From Octopus sinensis (Eukaryota): 11,947 nucleotides of DNA. This document shows positions 1 through 9,032 of this stretch, in pieces (position 1 is the first letter of the stretch; every line of letters begins with the position of its first letter). Under the pieces are notes generated by a model. It ran no database searches. It was not told the origin of the DNA and saw only the letters and a list, made by a program, of their open reading frames with translations. A program made the translations under genes and the position numbers. The DNA is taken from contig NW_021826725.1 in the NCBI RefSeq assembly GCF_006345805.1, positions 1 through 11,947 of the forward strand. The letters are read 5' to 3'.

Positions 1-354
1 ATGCATTTGGGCAAGCCTATGTCTGTATTATCAGACAATTGCAAAGAAATGTTTAAAAAGAGTTCGAATCTCTACAAAAATCCTGTAAAAATTCCTCACG
101 GTTCAAAACGTTGCTTACTTATTACTCAGCCTCATATAAAGGTTAAACTGTCATTAAGGAATCCCAAGTTAACTCGCCGAAGATATAATTTGAAACGAGA
201 ATGTAACCTTCATATAACTAAGATATGTTCGGCCTGATTTGTAGCTAACTGAGTAACATGCATTGGTTAATTATTATTACATCAGAGGACCTGCTAGCTA
301 GGAAACATATGTAGCCTTAATTTTACCTGCGGCACTTCCTCAATCTGGATTTGT

Positions 355-363
355 ATGCATATG

Positions 364-400
<37 letters not shown>

Positions 401-444
401 ATGTGTGTGTGTGTGTATGTGTGTGTGCATATAAACTCAAATAC

Positions 445-489
<45 letters not shown>

Positions 490-520
490 TTAAGTATGCA
501 AACATACACACCCCACACTT

Positions 521-554
<34 letters not shown>

Positions 555-764
555 CCACATACATACATATATACAAGCATATATAGAGAGACAAATGGAT
601 ATGCACGCATTGTTATGCTATTATAGGAAACAGCTGAATAGACATACGCAAACAGAATATCAAAGGCACTCCGTCATCCAAACGTTGGCAAATAGATTAA
701 CAAGTACACTCACGTGCAAACACATACATATACATACACACACACACACAACACACACACACAC

Positions 765-824
<60 letters not shown>

Positions 825-962
825 AAAACATTCATGCATACAAAACATAACATACATATATTCATACGTCACATATACATACACATACCTATATATATAT
901 ATATATATACATGCATACATACATACATAACATACATACATCTTCATACATAACACATATAT
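355..962. repeat. Compound microsatellite cluster (TA)n/(TG)n/(CA)n/(TACA)n
   Basis: Directly visible runs, e.g. (TA)n then (TG)n at 364-427, (TA)n at 448-485, 523-551 and 770-825, (CA)n at 735-770. These explain the YI/CV/HT-repeat ORFs. Confidence 0.97.
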
Positions 963-1276
963 GTAAATACAGACAGGCATAATAACACGTATATGCATGG
1001 GCGCTAAGCAGTAACTTTTTGGGAGTTCACATATAAGTTCATTGAAACACACACGCACATACATACACACACACACACACACAAACACACACATGAAGTT
1101 ATATACTCTGATATATGCACACGCTGACACACATTGAACATAATGTTACCAGATGTCACCCAACCATCACTTAATAAATAGGCAAATGTTATTATATTTG
1201 TAAACAGCAAACCACAAAAAAGCAAGTCTCTTGCGATATCAAAGTGCCAAGCCCATCCCTCTTCAGACTTAACGTA

Positions 1277-1278
1277 CG

Positions 1279-1331
<53 letters not shown>

Positions 1332-1374
1332 TGTATGTATATTTATGTATATATATATTATGTATATATATATA

Positions 1375-1418
<44 letters not shown>

Positions 1419-1505
1419 ATGTATGTATATATATTATGTATATATAATATATATAAAATAAATATATATATACATACATGCATACATACATATATACACA
1501 TATAT
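1277..1505. repeat. Compound (TA)n/(TG)n microsatellite
   Basis: Directly visible imperfect dinucleotide arrays. Confidence 0.97.
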
Positions 1506-1593
1506 AAAGAGATAGATAGAAATGTGACTGTGTGTATCCATCTGGTGCTTACTGTCTATGAATAATGTATTTAACATCATTAGCTACATCTTT

Positions 1594-1717
1594 ATCATCA
1601 TTCTAATTGTCGTCATCATCACCATAATCATCATCATCATCATCATCGTCCTCATCTTCATCATTATCGTCATCATCATCGTCATCATCATCATCATCAT
1701 CATCATCATTATCGTCA
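1594..1717. repeat. Imperfect (ATC)n trinucleotide microsatellite
   Basis: ATC/ATT/GTC triplet run; source of the poly-I and poly-M ORFs. Confidence 0.95.
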
Positions 1718-1785
1718 TGACTAATACCTCAGCATCAGAACGTTCAACACCAGCGCCAATTTCGTCGACATCATCGTCGTCGTCG

Positions 1786-1900
1786 TCGTCATCGTTGTCG
1801 TCGTCATCGTTGTCGTCGTCATCGTTGTCGTCGTCATCGTTGTCGTCGTCATCGTTGTCGTCGTCATCGTTGTCGTCGTCATCGTTGTCGTCGTCATCGT
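1786..1900. repeat. 15-bp higher-order repeat (TCGTCATCGTTGTCG) x7.7 inside a (TCG)n array
   Basis: Seven identical units start at 1786, 1801, 1816, 1831, 1846, 1861 and 1876, with a partial unit at 1891-1900. Confidence 0.97.
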
Positions 1901-2080
1901 CGTCGTCACCACCACCACCCACCACCCGTAGCTATTGTAAACCACCACGTCAACATCAGCCATCAAATGATGCTAGTCATTAGAAAGCAGAACCGGATAC
2001 AACAACAAGTGAACCTTACTACGCTGGAGGAAGGTTTGCATACGTCATTCGGTACATCACACCTAGGTTATACATACATA

Positions 2081-2287
2081 GTGGAGGCGCAATGGCCCTG
2101 TGATTAAGGCAGCGGACTTGCATTCGTATGACCGCGATTTCGATTCCCATACCGGCCGTTGTGTTTATTGAGCGAAAACACCCAAAGATCCACGAGACTC
2201 CGGCAGGGGGTGGTGGCGAACCTTGCTGTACTCTTTCACTACAACTTTTTCTCTATCTTTCTTCCTGTCTCTGTTGTACCTGTGTAC
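2081..2287 (+). mobile_element. tRNA-derived SINE, 5' part, ending at the PLE junction
   Basis: A-box-like TGGCCCTGTGA (2093-2103) and B-box-like TTTCGATTCC (2138-2147) at Pol III type-2 spacing in a GC-richer island. Body hairpins follow (GTGTTT 2161-2166 / AAACAC 2176-2181). There is no clean cloverleaf and no simple-repeat tail before PLE sequence starts at 2288. Confidence 0.8.
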
Positions 2288-2542
2288 AAAATTTCTTTGC
2301 TAATAATCCCTAGTTCTGGCTGGGTTGATAAGCCTACATTTAGGGTTGGAAAGGAAGTTTTTCTTTGTGATCTTTTAATAGTAATAAAGGCCTTTTTGGG
2401 GGAGGGTTTCTATTTTTATCTAATTTAAGTTTAGCGGCGATGACGCTAGCTTCTTTATTAATTTCGTTATATGTCTGTGCCCTAGCCTTAGTATAATTAT
2501 AGTAATGCTGTTGTGTAAGAGTTTGTGTGTATTTGCTGTGTA
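2288..2542 (-). pseudogene. Inverted segment of the PLE RT N-terminal/fingers region
   Basis: Minus-strand translation across several 1-2 nt frameshifts: KLLHNSIT..YTKARAQTYNEINKEASVIAAKLKLD..KAFITIK/DHKE/NFLSNPKCRLINPA/ELGIISKEIL. This matches the PLE RT pattern AFIT.KDHKENF..NPKCRLINPA..ELG.ISK.IL. Confidence 0.9.
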
Positions 2543-4018
2543 TTAGATAAAATAAATACGAAAATAAGACCGATACTAGGCTAGTGCATGGTCCAATAGT
2601 ATAGAAGTCGTAGACTGGTTTTAAAGCTATTAAGAATAAGAAAAAAGCGAGGTTTACACAATTCGATATTGTTGATTTTTATGCCTCTATCTCTAAAGAA
2701 CTGCTAGATAAAGCCCAATCTTCGCTAGTGACTTCATAGAAATTAGTACCAATGATAAGGATATAATCTTCCATGCTAGAAAGACATTACTTTTCAGTGA
2801 GAATGCAAAGTGGGTAAAAAAACACCGACACGGAGGGCGCTTTCGATGTGAGCATGGGTTATGATGGGGCAGGCATCTGTGATCTAATTGGACTCTTTCT
2901 CCTAGATACCTTCAGTAAGACATTCCCAACGTACATTCGCCATCTACAAAGATGATGCCCTCGCCTTAACAGCTAATACAAATGGACCAGCACAAGATCG
3001 TTTTAGGAAGGATATTATCCAGTTAATGAAACACTTCGGGCTTAGTATAACTATAGACACTAACCTGACGGTTGTCAATTTCTTAGACGTTTCCTTAGAT
3101 CTTAATAATAATATTTATAAGCCTTATAGGAAGCCCAATGATAGACTAAGTTATATTAATGTAGGTTCATGCCATCCCCCTATAGTATTCAAAAATTTAG
3201 TTAAAAATTAGTAAGAGGATTTCTAGCCTCTCATCTAATGAGGACATCTTCAATAGCGTTGCCCCAGTTTATAATATAAGCTTTAAAAGATAGTGGTTTT
3301 AGCGAAAAAATAAAATATACACCTATCACCAGCCCAACAGTAAGGAAAAAGAATAATAGAAATAGGAAGGTCATCTGGTTTACGCCCCCTTACTCACCCG
3401 TGGTGGCCTTCAATATAGGTAAATATTTCCTAGCACTGATAGATAGACATTTCCAGTTAACCATGCTTATAGGAAACTCTTCAATAGACACATTTAAAAT
3501 TAGTTTTAGTTCAACTACCAATTTTAAAAACATAATCAATCATAACATACAAAAAACACAAGAAGAAAACAGCTGTTCATGCAGGAATAAAGAATTGTGC
3601 CCGCTAAATGGAGCTTGCATGTCCAAGACCATCATATATGAAGCTACCGTAAACTCTATAACCACTAAAGACACCGTTTCGACGAAGAAATACGTGGGCC
3701 TGACAGAGGGTAATTTCAAGGCCAGGTTCAATAACCACACTTTGAGCTTTAGGCACTGGAACAAAAGAAAAGCGACACAATTATCCAATCATATTGGTCT
3801 TTAAGAGATAAAGGTGTCGATTATAACATACAATGGAAGATTTTGGCCAGATGTAAGCCCTACACTAACGGCAGCGGAAGGTGCGGTTATGCGACATGGA
3901 GAGATGGCTTATCTGGAAAAGCAGCTTAGACCCTACCACATGTCTAAATACAAGGACAGAGCTTTTGGATCATGCCCCACATGTGACTAAATTTCTGTTA
4001 CGTTTTTTGGTCCCCTAA
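2543..4018 (+). pseudogene. Frameshifted PLE ORF: RT core, Cys-rich linker, GIY-YIG endonuclease
   Basis: Begins LDKINTKIR. Motif A FDIVDFYASI (2662-2691), motif B FDVSMG-YDGAGICDLIGLFLL (from 2842), motif C YKDD (2945-2956), NFLDVSLDL, YKPYRKPND, HPP, RKVIWFTPPYS. Linker CSCRNKELCPLNGAC (3574-3618). IIY (3631-3639)..YVG (3691-3699)..RFNNH..LSNHI/W..RC/LC..LN.R.EL..CPH, stop TAA 4016-4018. Includes supplied ORFs 3026-3211 and 3400-3804. Confidence 0.95.
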
Positions 4019-4062
4019 AGAAAACGGATTAGAACATGCTTTCTGTGTTATGTCCCAAGAAG

Positions 4063-4120
4063 ATTTTATATATTTTTATATATTTTTATATATTTTTATG
4101 TATTTTTATATAATTTTTAT
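4063..4120. repeat. 10-bp tandem repeat (TATTTTTATA) x~5.5 in the PLE 3' UTR
   Basis: Units at 4071, 4081, 4091 (variant), 4101 and 4111 (variant). Confidence 0.9.
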
Positions 4121-4225
4121 GACGAAAAATGCGAGCGATGTATAAGTACGCAGGCAAAGCAGAGTTATAACAGAGTAATTTCCCTTCATTTTAACGGTAT
4201 TTTTTCATAACGTTTTCAAATAGCC

Positions 4226-4287
4226 AGATAACCGAAGAGATGGTGTTGTGGATTTCCATTTCGGCATCTGAAACTCAGAGTTTATCT
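4226..4287 (+). ncRNA. Degenerate minimal type-I hammerhead-ribozyme-like motif
   Basis: Stem I AGATAA 4226-4231 / TTATCT 4282-4287; core CCGAAGA 4232-4238 (consensus CUGANGA); stem II GATG 4239-4242 / CATC 4265-4268; GAAA 4270-4273; near-palindromic stem III CTC-A-GAG 4274-4280; T 4281. Three departures from consensus. The position downstream of a PLE ORF is the expected one. Confidence 0.5.
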
Positions 4288-4310
4288 TGACTACCGAGTA
4301 ATGTAACATG

Positions 4311-4315
<5 letters not shown>

Positions 4316-4388
<73 letters not shown>

Positions 4389-4440
4389 TATATATATTAT
4401 ATTATATATATATCTTTTTGTATGTGTGGTGTGTGTGTGC
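4316..4440. repeat. (TA)n followed by short (TG)n microsatellite
   Basis: Directly visible. Confidence 0.97.
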
Positions 4441-4683
4441 AGAGTAATGAAACCATGGCGACTGAAGAAATGGAATTTTCCTTGTGTTCTATGTCCTTAC
4501 TCTATTTCTTCGTTTTTAAGAAAAATGTCCAGTTCCTTGGTCTTGTGTTTATGTTTCCATTTCTCATTGTGTTCGACGTTTTTTTTTTTGTTTTGTACCC
4601 TTATGCATGTAATATATACATGTGCAGGTAGGTACGTACATATATGTATGTATGTATATATGCATATGTTTTATTTATTAATT

Positions 4684-4722
<39 letters not shown>

Positions 4723-4995
4723 CGTTCTCACTCCTCGTCACCACTTCCACTACCCAATCCTTCTATCTTTCATTTTACACTCCTATTTTATATCCTGTTT
4801 GCATTACATCGGTATGTCATGTACAATACCAGCTTGTGGTGAGCAATAACTCCCCCTACCTGCTCAAGCCACTCCCCAGCCTATCCACCCAATACTCTCT
4901 TTCCCACCGTGATATAATCACAAAACTATACTGGGTGGGAAGGGTCATATGATCCGTTGGTTTTTACAATAAATATAAAATAATGTTTTTCATAG

Positions 4996-5114
4996 TACAT
5001 GTATGTATAAACATACATACATACGTACGTGCGTACGTACGTACATGCGTACATACATACATACATACATACATACATACATACATACATACATACATAC
5101 ATACATACATACAT
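4996..5114. repeat. (TACA)n tetranucleotide microsatellite with (TACG) variants
   Basis: Directly visible; produces the MYVC-repeat ORF 4926-5114. Confidence 0.97.
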
Positions 5115-5651
5115 AGCTTGTGAGTGCGTGAGAAAATACTGAACGATTCAAAGATTAAACGATAGATAGGTATTGCTTACATATAAAAATAGACACAAAC
5201 GCACGCACACACAAAAACACACATACACACATATATAAGCACATATGCTCTTATATACATACATAATACATATATATTAAGCGCTCATTCATACAGTGCA
5301 TAAGTACATAAAAGCATAAGTACATGCGTGCATGCATATATACACATACATACACATATATACATACACATACATTCGTTACATACGTGCAGGACAATAG
5401 AGGTACATGCTAAAGAATATTACTGAAATAATAAAATAGCAACATCAACCAAATTAAAATGCAACCGACCGGATATTTTGCCCTCTAAGAGCAATTACGT
5501 ATATCATTATTCATGCGTACAAAATATGATGCGCTAAGAGTAGAAGGTGGTTTATAAAACGTGTATGATAAGACAAAAAAGTAACATATAAAAAAAGGCG
5601 TTTTACATAAAAGTGGACAAATTTTTTAAATTGGTGGGAACACACAAGATT

Positions 5652-6211
5652 TTTCCAGCAGTGAAAGAAGAGGGAGAGAGAGATCAGCCGACATTTTAGA
5701 TATCCACTAACATAACAAATACGATATCACGATACCTCTCCTTTGCCTGATCCGGTAATACAGTAGGTATCATCTAGAATGTTGGAATGTGTCTTGTGCA
5801 GATTTGTGGGGCTCTTACATCACATTCACTATTGTAGACCCGCACACAATCCAGCGTGCATCAGTAATGTGAATCCAGTGGCCCTCCTCGAGCAGTAACT
5901 AGCGGTATATTTATAAGAATATAAGTGGTATATTTCCAGCAGTGAAAGAAGAGGGGGAAGAGATCAGCCGGAACTTTAGATATCCTGTGCTACATTATCC
6001 ACTAACATAACAAATACGATATCACGATACCTCTCCTTTGCCTTATCCGGCAATACAGTAGGTATCATCTAGAACGTTGGAATATCTTGAGCAGAGTTGT
6101 GAGGTTCTTCCATCACATTCACTATTGTAGATCCGAACAAAATCCAGCGTACATCAGTAATGTCAATCCAGTTGCTCTCCTCGAGCAGTAACTAACGGTA
6201 TATTTATAAGA
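5652..6211. repeat. Diverged tandem duplication, ~280-bp unit x2
   Basis: Copy 1 5652-5918 and copy 2 5933-6211 both begin TTTCCAGCAGTGAAAGAAGAGGG and end GGTATATTTATAAGA. Roughly 90% identical by eye, with a 15-nt indel. Confidence 0.97.
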
Positions 6212-6555
6212 GTGAGTCTAGACACTTACAGAAACCAAGCCACTCAATCGGCGCATAAACAGCTACTTGTCGGAAGGCACAGCTTTTGCTGCTGTAAAGC
6301 TACCGACTTACCACCTTAGCCTACGTATAACATCCGTGCCACGAAATCCAGACATTTCAGAAACAACGTTATCCTCTCTGTTAAATTTATGCTAACAGAT
6401 GCGTACACAGTGGAGGAAATGCGAGAGACGATGTGCATTAAATCCTAATTTTCCTGATTAGGCCACCATACGCATTTATTGAACCTGATGCCATTAGGCA
6501 AATGACTTTGCTTTTAGACCGACTCGGAGCCAGATGCATGTGTAGAATAAACACA

Positions 6556-6928
6556 TATTACCTCCGCCTTAACGAAGGCAGAGGTATTGTTTCCAGTTGT
6601 ATTTGTTTATTCGCGGACAAGATATCTCAAGAACCTCTGAATGGGTCCGGATGAAACTTTCAGGGATGCTTGGTCTCGTGACTGGCACGAACTGATTAGA
6701 CTTTGAGATCGATCCGTACCAGACAGGGATTCTGGATTATTTTTGCAGTTGTTTTTTTTTTATTTATTTAATTTTTGAGAGCGGTTGGGTTCATTTTTAG
6801 CATTCTAGTTTGTGAGAGCAGTCGAGTTTATTTCAGATATTCTCATTTTAAAAATCATCTCTGGCTAATTGTTGAGAGGACGTTGGTGTTGCTTTGGCGA
6901 AGGTTTGCGCTCTTTGAGTGCTCTTGTT
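6556..6928 (+). mobile_element. Non-autonomous Helentron/DINE-1-like element (HINE)
   Basis: 5' palindrome TACCTCCGCCTT-aacg-AAGGCAGAGGTA (6559-6586, 11/12 pairs), then a short degenerate (GTTT)-like tract. The 3' subterminal repeat GGCGAAGGT (6896-6904) is complementary (8/9) to ACCTCCGCC (6560-6568). 3' hairpin GCGCTC-ttt-GAGTGC (6907-6921) lies a few nt from the end. This is the established DINE-1/HINE architecture. Confidence 0.8.
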
Positions 6929-7189
6929 ACGGTTATATTAAGGACAAGAAAGTGAAAAAGGTTACTTATCTCGGTGTGAGGAGACGAGTAATTTGGTCTT
7001 CTTGAAAGAGATAAAGTTTTCAAAGGGTGCTGTGACAAAGGAAAGTGCACTGATATCTCAGTTCCTTATTGGACAGCGAGAAACAGAAATTTCAGTGACT
7101 TTCTTATTCCCATGAAAGATCACGTGCAGGCAATACCAGTGACACATGGGCTAAGAAGATGTATGATATAAGATGATCTCCTCAGCTGC

Positions 7190-7600
7190 AAATAGAGCGT
7201 ACGGAAGTTTTCAAAAGTGAGGACGAAGCGAAATGTCAAGCTGTGTTTTACAACTTAAGCTCGTTCCACAATACTTAGGATAGCAGAACAAAAGTATTTT
7301 AGTAAAGGATATTGGCCCTTGACTCGTCGTCACCTTCCTTATGGGACATTCGCAGGTTCTAAGAGCATAGGTGTACCAAAATTTTGAGTGAGTTGAAACC
7401 TATATGGATATAAAACTCTAATGACCCCCGAAGATCATAAAGCCATGGAGGAGCTGTGTCTCTGTGTGGGTGAAGACGAGTGAGTTGAAACCTATATGGA
7501 TATAAAACTCTAATGACCCCCGAAGATCATAAAGCCATGGAGGAGCTGTGTTTCTGTGTGGGTGAAGACAGAAAAATTTCGAAAAAAATTGTGGTACAGA
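7190..7600 (+). pseudogene. Possible decayed LINE (L1/Tx1-type) ORF1 remnant
   Basis: Stitched frames read EVFKSEDEAKCQAV / LKLVPQYLG*QNKSILVKDIGP*LVVTFLMGHSQVLRA*VYQNFE*VETYMDIK / LMTPEDHKAMEELCFCVGEDRK / KNCG. The F..E..A..P.Y.G....I.V..I.P spacing and a trailing RK..NCG resemble RRM plus zinc-knuckle ORF1 proteins. Assignment is by recalled pattern only. Confidence 0.35.
7386..7569. repeat. Near-perfect 92-bp direct tandem duplication
   Basis: 7386-7477 and 7478-7569 are identical at 91/92 positions (C7460 vs T7552). Confidence 0.98.
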
Positions 7601-8635
7601 GCAAAATGAAATGAAGAATACAGGACGGAAAAGATACAATTAGGTCAAGAACACAGGCAGTTACGCTGTAAAATATCCATACTTTTTTTATATCATATAT
7701 CTCAAGTGATACTTCAAACGAAACAGCTCTTGAACGTTTATTCAGAGACCAAACTGGACTTAATATGCTAATAAATACAAAATAGTTTCAAGTAACAGCT
7801 ACATGTTTCCATAACGATTTTCAAACATTGGGAAATGCATTTTCTGAACACAAATGTGTTCTTGCTCGCAAAGCTTGATCTGAAAGACTTACAAAGTTCC
7901 CCATAATTTCCGGCAACGTAAAGTCAAAATCAAGATCAACAGGTTATTGTTATCCTCATAAATGATGTAGGATTTGATGAGGTCGGAAGAGATGGTGTGG
8001 CTAAGTTACAAGGATCTCACAAAGAAGTTTGGAAATTTGAAATGTTCGAACAACAACGAACAATAGAAAAGGATATAGAAGCATAATCCAAAGTACACCA
8101 ATTGACTGCAAAGAATGTTACTAAAAGAATGGCACTTATAGAGGAAAGTCTGCAAGTCTAAGCTGATAACGACAAATCATGCACATAACAGGATAATTAC
8201 AAGAGGAACTCATAACGAGCCCAGCTCTAACACGAAGGTAAGTAGCGTCAAATGTCAAACACAGTTGCTGCAGATGGTAATATACAGGGCAAAAGATAGT
8301 GCTTCTTTCCCTTCCAGTAATTCCCATCGCACCACCACCTACCACAGAGCAGTCACTATCATTACCAATGAGAATGTAACCTACTACGATATTATCGCAT
8401 GCTAATTTATTCCCAAATGCAGTTGCCATCAAAAGTCATTATATAAACACACACTGTTCTGTGTCAGCCTAAAAAATTAATAATGCAACGCATAAAAGTG
8501 GTTTGGGGATATTTTTTCCGAAATGATTTCTCTGGAACGCATCGCATTTTATAACACGCAGAAGAGTTTTATGGAATTTCGAATTACGGTAGATATGAAG
8601 GAAGGAACGCATAATTCCGTAGCGCAAAGGTTACT

Positions 8636-8663
8636 TATATATATATATTTGGATATATATATA

Positions 8664-8703
<40 letters not shown>

Positions 8704-8726
8704 CGTATATATATATACATATGTGT

Positions 8727-8760
<34 letters not shown>

Positions 8761-8985
8761 GATATATATATTATATATATATATATATATAATATATATA
8801 TATATATATTATATATATATAGGCATATATATATATTATATATACACATGCACTTAACGCATATATATATATATATGCCAGATGAGTAAATGTATGTATG
8901 TGTACATGTACATGTATACGTATACATATATTTGTATATAACTATGATATATATATCTACATGCATACATAACATACATAAGTAC

Positions 8986-9032
<47 letters not shown>

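Larger units (their letters stand above)
2288..4313 (+). mobile_element. Penelope-like retroelement (RT plus C-terminal GIY-YIG), 5'-truncated with 5' inversion
   Basis: PLE RT and GIY-YIG motifs are recoverable across frameshifts (see sub-features). The 3' UTR has a 10-bp tandem repeat and a hammerhead-like motif and abuts (TA)n. The 3' boundary is approximate. Confidence 0.93.

Noticed and set aside
1-237. 78-aa ORF at the window start
   Set aside because: No recognisable motif, no supporting splice or codon evidence; its length is compatible with chance.
355-1565. Multiple 60-190 aa ORFs ([12 protein letters not shown])
   Set aside because: Stop-free translations of dinucleotide repeats.
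1558-1983. Poly-I/poly-S and antisense poly-D ORFs that could mimic an acidic or biomineralisation protein
   Set aside because: Entirely explained by ATC/TCG arrays open in several frames on both strands; no signal peptide or unique flanking coding sequence.
2083-2160. Functional tRNA gene
   Set aside because: A and B boxes are degenerate, acceptor and anticodon stems do not pair cleanly, and there is no Pol III terminator directly after; better explained as a SINE head.
2543-4018. Prokaryotic RT system (retron, group II intron) or selenoprotein-coding Naiad PLE
   Set aside because: The motifs and C-terminal GIY-YIG are PLE-type in a eukaryotic context; the domain order is RT->EN and no in-frame TGA is required.
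4449-4480. Second hammerhead (GAAA-CCATGG...CTGAAGA)
   Set aside because: No UH cleavage site after stem III, and no stems I or II can be formed.
5652-6211. Duplicated coding exons or a CRISPR-like array
   Set aside because: Only two long units with no spacers. Differences between copies include stops and frameshifts and are mostly non-synonymous in the open frames on both strands.
7090-7185. Minus-strand hammerhead starting at CTGAGGA (7185-7179)
   Set aside because: No stem II closing directly onto a GAAA; chance match.
8136-8432. 98-aa minus-strand ORF (MMATAFGNK...)
   Set aside because: No recognisable domain; the opposite strand carries the better splice-like signals.
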